A stretch of DNA of 64,000 bases from Eubacterium sp. (GCA_963653425.1 CAVJWC010000001.1:55596-119595); one strand, 5' to 3'. Shown: positions 44,409 to 52,902, counted from the stretch's first letter. Translations and numbers: made by a program. The notes: generated by a model from the letters alone, not told the origin.

Positions 44409-44442
44409 ACCGCATTATGTACGATAAATCGGAATAAACCGC
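44386..44442 (+). repeat. tandem duplication of the spoIVB 3' terminus (2 x 28 bp)
   Basis: 44386-44413 (includes stop TAA 44406-44408) against 44415-44442: 24/28 identical, and all 4 differences are transitions. Confidence 0.9.
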
Positions 44443-44630
44443 GTTGTTTCCTATAATAAGCCGTTCGGGTTTAAGTAAAAAACGGACGGCAAAAACTCTG
44501 TAAAATAACGCAAAAACGAGAAGCCCGCAAAAGTTATAATAACCGAGAAAGCCGAGAAACCGTAAAAGTTATAAACGACGGAGAAGTAACGCAAGAGAAA
44601 AAGTCATAAATAACGGAGAAAGACAATAAA

Positions 44631-44657
44631 ATACCGTATGAATATACGGTATTTTTT
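44631..44657 (+). terminator. intrinsic terminator
   Basis: ATACCGTAT-gaat-ATACGGTAT followed by TTTTTT. The next ORF's ATG (44638) lies within the stem and loop. Confidence 0.7.
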
Positions 44658-45240
44658 GTCAAAGCAGGTTGATTACGTAAAAGAAACGCTGAAAAGTAAG
44701 GCTTACTGCCTTATAATAGCTTTAGTCGCGGTTTTATGCGGAATTATCACGGGCATAATCAACAGTCACGCGATAACGGAGTTTTGTCGGGTAGAATGTT
44801 GCGGATTTTTTATCTGCAAGATCTCGGGAACGCCCGATACCTTTTCGATTTTCTTCAAAAGTTTGTTTTCGTCGGTGTTTATTACGCTTTTACTAAGCTG
44901 TTTCTGCGCCGTAAACAAATGGTCGGCTGTTGCTCAGTACGTTTTTCTGTTTATATTCTCGGCGGGTTTTACGGCAGGCGTATGCTCTGTTATAAAGACC
45001 GTTACGGCAATAGGAATTCTTATCGTTTTTACGGTTTTTCTCGTCTATTTTTCAGGTGTAATCACGATATTTGCGGGAATAATTCTCTATACGAGGGGAG
45101 ACGACTACGGGAACGGAAAAATCACCGTGCAAAAAACGGTCCTTCTTATCGTGACGTCAACCGCGCTTCTTGCCGTAATATGTTTGCTGTCGGCGACCGT
45201 ATACGTCACGTTTTTCAGACCGTTGTTTTGTTTTCCGTAA
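44638..45240 (+). CDS. hypothetical membrane protein (start uncertain)
   Basis: 200 aa, 4-5 hydrophobic segments. The only ATG sits inside the terminator hairpin and has no close RBS. An in-frame TTG at 44656 is an alternative. Confidence 0.5.
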   Translation: MNIRYFLSKQVDYVKETLKSKAYCLIIALVAVLCGIITGIINSHAITEFCRVECCGFFICKISGTPDTFSIFFKSLFSSVFITLLLSCFCAVNKWSAVAQYVFLFIFSAGFTAGVCSVIKTVTAIGILIVFTVFLVYFSGVITIFAGIILYTRGDDYGNGKITVQKTVLLIVTSTALLAVICLLSATVYVTFFRPLFCFP

Positions 45241-45274
45241 AGTAAAAAGTCTTTGCGCTTTTCGCCTTTTCAAG

Positions 45275-45337
45275 TCGCATAGCATTCGCTAATCCGACAG
45301 CTAAATCCGCATAGCATTAGTTAATTCGGCTACTGAA
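45275..45337. repeat. tandem 31-bp repeat (2 copies)
   Basis: TCGCATAGCATTCGCTAATCCGACAGCTAAA / TCCGCATAGCATTAGTTAATTCGGCTACTGAA, in a convergent intergenic region. Confidence 0.8.
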
Positions 45338-45373
45338 TCTGTCAGACGTAAAGAAGGTAAGGCTGACTTCAAA

Positions 45374-45877
45374 CTATTCCACGATTATCTGACAACTGCG
45401 CATTGCTTCGAGAGCGGCTTGATGTTTTTCTTCCGTAACTCCTGCGCACAGCTCGGAAAGAACGGTGATTTTAAGCGACGGATAAAGCGTTTTTATAATA
45501 AGAGCGTTGGTGATTACGCAAATATCCGTACACGTTCCTACCAAAACTACTTCGCCGAATTCGTCGAGTTTCCAATCGAGCGTTCCGAATGCGGGCTTGT
45601 CTATAATAAGACAGCCTTTTTTATTTATAACGTCGAGAATGCTTTTTTCGATTTCGTGGCCGTAAGTTCCTTTCACGCAATGTACGACGGGCAAAGCTTT
45701 TCCTTCGGGCGTATCGAGGTAATCTTTTTCGTGCGTATCGCGCGTGGCTATAATTTTTCCGTCAAAACTTTCCGCAAGTTCGGCAATAGGTTTTACTATA
45801 GCTTCCGCCATGGGATTTTTAAGAGAACCCGTAATAAAGTCGTTCTGCATATCTATAATAATCAAAGCTTTCTTCAT
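45374..45877 (-). CDS. isochorismatase-family cysteine hydrolase (nicotinamidase-like)
   Basis: 167 aa, ALIIIDMQNDF, catalytic GTCTDICV. RBS AAGGAG. Confidence 0.88.
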   Translation of the reverse strand: MKKALIIIDMQNDFITGSLKNPMAEAIVKPIAELAESFDGKIIATRDTHEKDYLDTPEGKALPVVHCVKGTYGHEIEKSILDVINKKGCLIIDKPAFGTLDWKLDEFGEVVLVGTCTDICVITNALIIKTLYPSLKITVLSELCAGVTEEKHQAALEAMRSCQIIVE

Positions 45878-46008
45878 CTTTTCGTCTCCTTTTCGGGTAG
45901 AATTTTATTGCTTGTCGCCGTTTAGTAAAAGTTTTTTTGGCTTTTACGGAACTTTCCTCGTTCGTTGCTATGCGGAAAGTTTTTCCCGTTCGTTGCCGCT
46001 TGGTAATT

Positions 46009-46461
46009 TCAGCGTCTGTCGTTCTCCTGAAGCGGAGCGGCTGAACTTAACTCGCGGACTTTTTCCTTTAAGGCTATATAAGCCGATTGAGGATCGGAGC
46101 AATTTTCGACCGCAAGTTCCATAGGGCATTTACCCGTACCCGTTCTGTTTACGACGTAATCGGTAAGTTTTCCGTAATAAGCGGGGATATTTGCGGAAGA
46201 GAAAATCTCCAACGCGGTTTTGCTCATAACTTCAGCGTAGATTTCCTTGGTCTGAAGAAGAATATGCAAAAAAGCCGCGGCTTTTCCGACTATTTTATCT
46301 GCCGCATAAGCGTCTCTGACGTCTTCATCGGAGTCCAAAAGATTAAGGAGAGGTTTGATTCCGTGTTCCGAAGAAACTATAAATTTATCGGGTTTATAGA
46401 GAACGAAAGTGCAGTCGTTCTCTTCCAGCCGTGTTTTTGCTTTAATGAGATTGTCGGTCAT
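46009..46461 (-). CDS. DUF1893 domain protein
   Basis: 150 aa. GIKPLLNLL...ADKIVGKAAAFL...VVNRTGTGKCPMELAV matches my memory of DUF1893. Start overlaps the TetR stop (TAATG). Confidence 0.7.
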   Translation of the reverse strand: MTDNLIKAKTRLEENDCTFVLYKPDKFIVSSEHGIKPLLNLLDSDEDVRDAYAADKIVGKAAAFLHILLQTKEIYAEVMSKTALEIFSSANIPAYYGKLTDYVVNRTGTGKCPMELAVENCSDPQSAYIALKEKVRELSSAAPLQENDRR

Positions 46462-47066
46462 TAGTTGTGCCTCTTTTCTGTGTTTTTTATGAATAAATCG
46501 GAATTAAGAATATCGTTGTAAAGCGCAAATATATCCGCGTAAACGTCGCTCGACGCCTTTCCGTCGATAGTTTCCGAAATAACGCCCCAAAGACCGTTGC
46601 AAAGAAGAGCGACGGTTTGTTTTATGGGGTATTTAGGTTTCATCATAGAGCTGTGATGATTGATATAAGTAACCGCCTGATCGAATACCTTGTTATAAAA
46701 ACTCGAATAAAGATAAGGGTTTATATCCGATTTTGCGGCGGAGAAGAAGTCGAAGTGATTTTCGCACAGGTTAATAATAGCCGTAAGCATATTATTGTAA
46801 CCCTGAAGATCTTTAAGCTCGGAGTTGTTTTCCTTCTGAAGAGCATGATAGTCGTCGAGAGCTTCCTGAACGTATTCGTCGAATATCTCTTCCACGAGAG
46901 CGTATTTGTCCTCGTAGTAGTTATAAAAAGTTATTCTGCTGGTAGTGCTTTCGTTGCATATATCGGTAACCGTAATATGCTCGAAGGAATCCTTTTTAAG
47001 CAGTTCGTGAAAAGCCGCCTTTATTCCCTTTTTCGTCTTAATTATCCGTTTGTCCGTTCCTGCCAT
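46461..47066 (-). CDS. TetR/AcrR family transcriptional regulator
   Basis: 201 aa, N-terminal HTH (FEHITVTDICNESTTSRITFYNYY). Confidence 0.88.
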   Translation of the reverse strand: MAGTDKRIIKTKKGIKAAFHELLKKDSFEHITVTDICNESTTSRITFYNYYEDKYALVEEIFDEYVQEALDDYHALQKENNSELKDLQGYNNMLTAIINLCENHFDFFSAAKSDINPYLYSSFYNKVFDQAVTYINHHSSMMKPKYPIKQTVALLCNGLWGVISETIDGKASSDVYADIFALYNDILNSDLFIKNTEKRHN

Positions 47067-47224
47067 AGTCCGCCTTGGAAATTAACAATTTCTACATAAT
47101 GTAAGTTATTGTTCATTTTCCGAAAAATGTAATTGCAATTTGTTGTAAAATAAGTTAATATACAACATGTAAGTTATTATACTACAAATATTGTTATCAG
47201 TCAAGAATAAAAGGAGACGAACCT

Positions 47225-48112
47225 ATGACGAAATTTTTGGTTTCAACGGATTCCGGTTGCGATTTACCTATCGAGTTGCTTAACGAAAAAGGAATAGTTC
47301 CTTTCAAGCTTTTCTACGCAATCAACGGAGAACTCTTCGAAGATACTATGGAACACGCCGATTGCATAGAATTTTACGAAAAAATGAAGAACGGAGCCGT
47401 TCCCAAAACAAGTCAGGGAACGCAGGCGCAGTTCGAGAAGTTCTTTGAAAATCTTCTTAAAGAGAACTCGCAGATTCTTTACATAAGTCTGGGAAGCGCG
47501 GTTTCGGGTTCTTACGACAGCGCGACTGCCGCTGCCAAAAAGCTCGAAGAAGCCAATAAAGGAAGCAAAATCATAGTTATAGACTCGACGTTGTGTTCGA
47601 CGGGATACGGAATGCTTGCGCTTAAGGCGGCGGAACTCAGAGATTCGGGCTATTCCATAGATAAATGCGCGGCTGAAATAGAAAGGCTGAAAATTACCGT
47701 CAACACTTGGTACACAACCGACGAACTGCTTTATCTGCGCCGTTCGGGAAGATGTAGCAGAGCTGGACAGGTTATAGGAACGATTCTGAAAATCTGTCCT
47801 ATTCTCAACCTCGACGCCAAAGGCCATCTTATCGTTCAGGAGAGAGTAAGAGGCATCGACAAGACCATAAACAGAATTCACGCTATAATCAAAGAGAACG
47901 TGGTTGACGCGGAAAATCAGACTTTGTACGTTTGTCACAGCACCACGCCCGAAAAAGCGCGCGAATTCGGCGAAGGCTTAAAGAACGACGTCGGCTTCAA
48001 AGACGTTTATTACACGTATATAGGCGCGATTATCGGTTCTAACTGCGGTCCCGGACTCAGAGCCGCCTTTTATTACGGCAAACCTCGTACCATGGACGGC
48101 TACAACGATTAG
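47225..48112 (+). CDS. DegV family fatty-acid-binding protein
   Basis: 295 aa, N-terminal VSTDSGCDLP, ...TSQ..., typical DegV length. RBS AAAGGAGA. Confidence 0.9.
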   Translation: MTKFLVSTDSGCDLPIELLNEKGIVPFKLFYAINGELFEDTMEHADCIEFYEKMKNGAVPKTSQGTQAQFEKFFENLLKENSQILYISLGSAVSGSYDSATAAAKKLEEANKGSKIIVIDSTLCSTGYGMLALKAAELRDSGYSIDKCAAEIERLKITVNTWYTTDELLYLRRSGRCSRAGQVIGTILKICPILNLDAKGHLIVQERVRGIDKTINRIHAIIKENVVDAENQTLYVCHSTTPEKAREFGEGLKNDVGFKDVYYTYIGAIIGSNCGPGLRAAFYYGKPRTMDGYND

Positions 48113-48133
48113 TTATCGGGCGTTTCAACCCGT

Positions 48134-48192
48134 TTATTCCCTTAAATACCGGAGAAAACGAATTGTTCCCTCAAAATATCGGGGATAACGAA
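48134..48192. repeat. tandem 29/30-bp repeat downstream of degV
   Basis: TTATTCCCTTAAATACCGGAGAAAACGAA / TTGTTCCCTCAAAATATCGGGGATAACGAA. The ATCGGgGATAACGAA part resembles the B units at 12879-13003. Confidence 0.8.
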
Positions 48193-48257
48193 AGAAATAG
48201 CCTTTAATTATTTATAAATTCCGATAGTCTTGTTTTTTAGGAGAGAACAATTTTATT

Positions 48258-48299
48258 AAAAAACCCTGCGATTCAGAAAAATCGCGGGGGTTTGTTTTT
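48258..48299. terminator. bidirectional intrinsic terminator (degV / XRE gene)
   Basis: aaaaaaCCCTGCGATtcagaaaaATCGCGGGGgtttgttttt. Confidence 0.8.
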
Positions 48300-48310
48300 A
48301 TAAAAAAATT

Positions 48311-49030
48311 CTAAGACGGGTTGTTCGGCGTCGTTTTTAATCCGTCGTCTTTTTGGTCTTGTTTTTTGTCCGTAACCGCGTTTTCCGCGTGCGGAGCGTT
48401 TTCTTCCGTTTTCTGAGAATTCTTCTTTTTCCTCGGTTTGCGCTTCCTGAAAAGCGTATAAACGACAGCCATTGCTTCGAGCGGAATTATAAGGAAGAAG
48501 AGAGGCCAGAAGTTATATTGTATAAGTTGCAGGTAAGTCCCCGTAACCAGACCGCATATCACAAGCGAAAGCAGAATGGTATTAGCCCATTTTATATTTC
48601 GGTTGTTAATATTGTATTTGTAGACGATAACGGCGGAGGGGGGGACCGCCCAAACGAAAATCTGCCAGAACCGATAGCTTTTCATTATATCGAGTCCCAC
48701 GTAAATCAATACGGCGACAAGCCATACCGTAAGCACTGAAAGACACAACATCGCGATTCGGTTTACGGTGTCTTCCTGTTCGATAATATGAGCCGCGTCG
48801 GAGGATTTGACGACGGCGTTTTCCCCGATTAAATCGTCTACAGTAATATTGTAGAACTCGGCTATACGCGCCAGCGTACATATATCGGGAACGGTAGTTC
48901 CGTTTTCCCAACGGCTTATGCTTTTATCGGAGTATCCGATTTTCTCCGCAAGGTCGGTTTGTTTCAGATGATGAGCTTTTCTGAGTTCGACCAGATTTTT
49001 GGAGATGTTAGCTTCAATATTCGTATCCAT
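48311..49030 (-). CDS. membrane-anchored XRE-family HTH regulator
   Basis: 239 aa. N-terminal Cro/C1 HTH (LKQTDLAEKIGYSDKSISRWENG), then about 4 TM segments and a Lys-rich polar tail. Confidence 0.85.
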   Translation of the reverse strand: MDTNIEANISKNLVELRKAHHLKQTDLAEKIGYSDKSISRWENGTTVPDICTLARIAEFYNITVDDLIGENAVVKSSDAAHIIEQEDTVNRIAMLCLSVLTVWLVAVLIYVGLDIMKSYRFWQIFVWAVPPSAVIVYKYNINNRNIKWANTILLSLVICGLVTGTYLQLIQYNFWPLFFLIIPLEAMAVVYTLFRKRKPRKKKNSQKTEENAPHAENAVTDKKQDQKDDGLKTTPNNPS

Positions 49031-49243
49031 ACCTCAATGATACCCTATTTTTTAGGAAAAGTCAAGTAAAATCAGCATTATTCTCGTTATTCTCACAATA
49101 AGAGAGTGAAATTCTCGCAAAATAAGAGTGTGGTATATAAATCCGAAAGTGGTTTAGACGCGAAAATCGTTGCGCTTTTTGACGCAAAATGGTAAAATCA
49201 CCCGCGTGTCCGAACAAAAGACAAAGGACTACAGGAGGAAAAA

Positions 49244-51583
49244 ATGAATACGAAAAAGACATCGCTCGTAATGCTTGCAGTGCTTGTCGCTCTTATGTTG
49301 GTTTCCTTTTCAGGCTGCATAAGACCTGACGAACTCGACCTTCCGGAAGTTATTCCCGGAGAAGATTCCATAGTAAACGACCTCACCCTCACTCCCGATA
49401 AATACAGCGCTCGTATGAGCGTTTTTGCAGCTCTCGGCAAACTCGATTCCGCAAAAACTTACCTTTCCGAAAGTCACGGAAAAACCGTTGCCACCAAGGG
49501 CGTTATAACTTACACTCAGAACATCGAATGCAACTCCGTTAAAAACGGAAATGAATTTTACACGAAATCCGTTTCCGATTCCACGTTCGTGAACGTTTGT
49601 CACGAAGCTTTCGCAAAGAACGGCAAAGTCGCTTACAGAACGGACGGAGGAGCTATTCTCAACTCCACAAAGAGCGAATACGTTTCGGTTTACGGCGTAA
49701 CTCCCGACAAGCTTCTTTCCGGTCATATCTATAACTCGGATACCATTCTTTTCGCTCAGCTCGAATCTCAGGAAAACGGACTTTACACCTATAAGATCGT
49801 TCTCGATAAGACCACGGCTACGGCTCTTCTCGTTCGTCAGATGAAGATGCTCGGAAGTCTTTCTTCTCTTCCCGTTTTTAACGACAATATCGCCGTTACT
49901 CTCGTGATGAAAGAAGATTTTACTCCCGTAAGCCTGTCTTCCGTAAGCAAATACACCGTTGCGGGAACTCTTCTCGGAACTATGGACTGCACGGAAGAAA
50001 ACACCGTCCTTTTCGGTAACTTCAATTCGTCCGTTTCCGTTCCCGATACCAAGGATTTCAATTTGGCAATCAACGAAGAACCCGGTAAAATCGATTACTC
50101 CGACGAAGCTATAGACGAAAACGTTGCCGCCGTAATTTCCGCCGCTCTCAACGCCGACCTTAAAGGCGGTATCGTGCTTAACGGTTACGTGGACTACAAC
50201 GGCAAAAAGCTTCCCTTATGCATAAAGAACAAAGTCGATATCGACGGAATAATCGACGGAACGGTTGACTTCAACGACGCTTTCGAAGCTGAAATGTCCG
50301 TAGTTACTTATAGCGGAGAAATGTCCGTGCTTTATCACGAAGGCAAGTTCTATATGAACTTTATGGGCAACAAATACGCTTTCAGCACCAACGAAAAAGA
50401 CAGAGACGTAAACTTCGAAGAAATCGACATCAACGAATTCGTTACCGTTACTAAAAACGCAGAAAATCCGTCCGTTTACGATATTACGCTCAGCGACGAA
50501 TATATGAGCGCGGTTACGGAGCTTCTTTCGGCAGCAGGACTTCTCGGCGAAGAAGATTCTCTTGAACTCGGTTTGTCCTGTTACGTTTCGAACGGAAGAA
50601 TCGCTCAGATCGACGCGGCTTTCAAGACCGATATGACTGAAGAACTTTCGGCGCGTTTCTATATTTCCGATTGCATTTACGAAGAAGCGAACGAAGAAGA
50701 ACTGAGCGAATATCTCACTCGTATGGACTTCGCTTTGGACAGCACGATTAAGCTTCTCGGTTTCGACGCAAGCGGTAAAATCGCTCTTTCCTATAACACC
50801 GAAGAACCCGATCCCGCAAAGGCTTTCGAACTCAGCGCAAAATACGTTATAAATTCCAGAGAAAAGAACTTCTCGGAAGTTGCTGCTATCTTCACTAAGG
50901 ACATTCCCGAAATCGTTTCCGCTCTCGATGACGCAGAAACCATTGAAATTGCGGTTAAAGACGGATATACCTATCTTATCGCTTTCGACGCAGAAGGCAA
51001 TACAGTAGTGGCTGAAAATCTCGGCGCATTCTCCGATAAGCTTGCCGATCTGTTTGCTCTTATCAAGGGAGACGACAGCGAAGAAGAAGAAAGCACGCCC
51101 AGCCCCATGCTTAAAATCGCGCTCGATATTCTGAAAAAGACCTATATCATTTCCTTCGAATCGGACGCAACTTACGAGAACAAGCTTCTCAAAGCGCATT
51201 TCGGCGAAGAAATGACCAATCTGGTTCGTATGATGTGGAATCAGCTTCCCAGACTTATAGGTTTGTACGTTCCCGGAAACCAGACCGTTATCGACATCTT
51301 TGCAAACGAAGATTTCATTCAGCTTATGAAGTTCGATAAAGTATTCTGCGATTTAAGCGCGGGACTCAGAATTCCTTACGACGACGACGTAAATCTCGTC
51401 TGGAAGAACACCGAACTGTATCTTTCTCTTACCGTATTTGACGTAACTCGCAGCGAATACGACGAAGAAGAGGATTACGACGTAATCGACGTAGTTTATA
51501 TCGGCTTCACGCTTACCGAAGAAGTTCCTTCCGAAATTTTAAGCGAAGCTACTCTCGCGGCTATCGAAGCGATTGCTGACTAA
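49244..51583 (+). CDS. large hypothetical lipoprotein (779 aa)
   Basis: Signal peptide with lipobox VSFSGC. RBS AGGAGG. Acidic, no family recognised. Divergent from the XRE gene. Confidence 0.75.
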   Translation: MNTKKTSLVMLAVLVALMLVSFSGCIRPDELDLPEVIPGEDSIVNDLTLTPDKYSARMSVFAALGKLDSAKTYLSESHGKTVATKGVITYTQNIECNSVKNGNEFYTKSVSDSTFVNVCHEAFAKNGKVAYRTDGGAILNSTKSEYVSVYGVTPDKLLSGHIYNSDTILFAQLESQENGLYTYKIVLDKTTATALLVRQMKMLGSLSSLPVFNDNIAVTLVMKEDFTPVSLSSVSKYTVAGTLLGTMDCTEENTVLFGNFNSSVSVPDTKDFNLAINEEPGKIDYSDEAIDENVAAVISAALNADLKGGIVLNGYVDYNGKKLPLCIKNKVDIDGIIDGTVDFNDAFEAEMSVVTYSGEMSVLYHEGKFYMNFMGNKYAFSTNEKDRDVNFEEIDINEFVTVTKNAENPSVYDITLSDEYMSAVTELLSAAGLLGEEDSLELGLSCYVSNGRIAQIDAAFKTDMTEELSARFYISDCIYEEANEEELSEYLTRMDFALDSTIKLLGFDASGKIALSYNTEEPDPAKAFELSAKYVINSREKNFSEVAAIFTKDIPEIVSALDDAETIEIAVKDGYTYLIAFDAEGNTVVAENLGAFSDKLADLFALIKGDDSEEEESTPSPMLKIALDILKKTYIISFESDATYENKLLKAHFGEEMTNLVRMMWNQLPRLIGLYVPGNQTVIDIFANEDFIQLMKFDKVFCDLSAGLRIPYDDDVNLVWKNTELYLSLTVFDVTRSEYDEEEDYDVIDVVYIGFTLTEEVPSEILSEATLAAIEAIAD

Positions 51584-51604
51584 AACGTTATAACTTAAAC
51601 GAAT

Positions 51605-51633
51605 GCTCCGCGGAAATCTCTGCGGAGCTTTTG
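51605..51633 (+). terminator. intrinsic terminator
   Basis: GCTCCGC-ggaaatctct-GCGGAGC followed by TTTT. Confidence 0.8.
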
Positions 51634-51687
51634 TATACGCAAAAATCGTTTATTTTATAAAAATACGCAAAATATAAGTTCAGAAAC

Positions 51688-51716
51688 TTGCTAAGAAATC
51701 CCGTAAGTTATATAAT
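51688..51716 (+). promoter_or_regulatory. sigmaA-type promoter for the phosphatase gene
   Basis: TTGCTA (51688-51693), 17 nt spacer, TATAAT (51711-51716). It overlaps the upstream candidate starts, which argues for the ATG at 51739. Confidence 0.55.
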
Positions 51717-51738
51717 GAAAGAAAAAACGGAGCAGAGT

Positions 51739-52902
51739 ATGGAAAGTTCATTGACTTTAAGTATAAAAAAGCGTTCGCGCATTCTGATTATAACGGCGGT
51801 AATTCTCGTTATTCTTGCGTCGTCTTGTTTACTCTCGGCGTGTTACAAGAAGAAAGTCGTTGCCGTTAAAAACGTAGCCATAGGCGAAGACGTTAAATTC
51901 AACGCCGCCATCGTGGGTATTGCGATCGAAGACTTCAACGACAGAGGCTTTGCTTTGGGAGACAGTTGCGACGTCAGATTCAGCAACGGATACGAAATGA
52001 CGGACGTGCCTTATTATAACGGCTATTACGTTCAGAACGGTCAGCCCGTTATCGTGGCTTACCCGTCCGACAAGTTTATCAAAATCACCCTCAATAACGT
52101 CGGAATATGGGACGTGGCAGAGCTTAACGACAGCTGTACGGTAGATATTACGCTTAATACCGCAAAGAAATATTTAGCCACTCAGGAAGCTTTGGGACAG
52201 AGTTATTCGCTTGACAGAAATTCGTACGACAGCGACGAGTCCTTTGCTAATTTCAGGGCGATTTCGGGCGGGAACCTCAAAGAAACTTTGATTTTCAGGG
52301 GAGCGAGTCCCGTTGACAACAGCAGAAATCGCGCAAGATACGTAGACGCGTTATTGGAAATCCATGAAATAAAGTGCGTAATCGACCTTGCCGACTCGTT
52401 TGAAAATATAGCCGAGTATACGGCGCTCGACGACTTCTTTTCGGAATACACGCTTTCGCTTCTTGAAAAGGGCGACGTCGCGCTTTTGTCCATGAGTTCG
52501 AGTTACGGTTCGGACGCTTACAAACGAAGCCTCGTTAAAGGTTTCGAGTTTATGCTCAGCCACGACGGACCTTATTATATCCATTGTATGGAAGGTAAGG
52601 ACCGTACGGGTTTCGTCTGCGCGCTTATAGAAGCTCTTGCGGGCGCAAGTTACGAGGAAATGCGTAACGATTATATGATGACTTACGAAAATTACTATAA
52701 GATTTTCCCGGATTCGAACCCCGAAAAATACGACGCCGTAGTTAAGCTTTACTTCGACTCGTTTATGAGATGTATTTCGGGTAAAGACGACCTGTCCGCG
52801 GTAACCCAAGACGATTACGTTTCGGGCGCAAAGAGTTATCTTATGAGCGGAGGAATGAGCGAAGAGAACGTAAACCTGTTTATCGGGCTGATTTCGAAGT
52901 GA
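51739..52902 (+). CDS. lipoprotein tyrosine-phosphatase-like protein (CX5R, Y_phosphatase3-like) with extra N-terminal beta-rich domain
   Basis: Lipobox LLSAC. C-terminal half carries HCMEGKDRTG (the CX5R P-loop). The ATG at 51739 has ACGGAG 7 nt upstream. Confidence 0.75.
   Translation: MESSLTLSIKKRSRILIITAVILVILASSCLLSACYKKKVVAVKNVAIGEDVKFNAAIVGIAIEDFNDRGFALGDSCDVRFSNGYEMTDVPYYNGYYVQNGQPVIVAYPSDKFIKITLNNVGIWDVAELNDSCTVDITLNTAKKYLATQEALGQSYSLDRNSYDSDESFANFRAISGGNLKETLIFRGASPVDNSRNRARYVDALLEIHEIKCVIDLADSFENIAEYTALDDFFSEYTLSLLEKGDVALLSMSSSYGSDAYKRSLVKGFEFMLSHDGPYYIHCMEGKDRTGFVCALIEALAGASYEEMRNDYMMTYENYYKIFPDSNPEKYDAVVKLYFDSFMRCISGKDDLSAVTQDDYVSGAKSYLMSGGMSEENVNLFIGLISK

Noticed and set aside
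44638-45240. Calling this membrane protein SpoIIM or YabQ because of the sporulation neighbourhood.
   Set aside because: I could not find the conserved SpoIIM (DUF95) signature residues. Adjacency to spoIVB alone is not evidence. It is left as hypothetical.
44736-45245. A 169-aa ORF overlapping the membrane-protein ORF 44638-45240 in another frame.
   Set aside because: The translation is Arg/Gly/Tyr-rich with no hydrophobic core or motif. The alternative frame gives coherent TM segments. Only one can be real, and the TM frame is far more protein-like.
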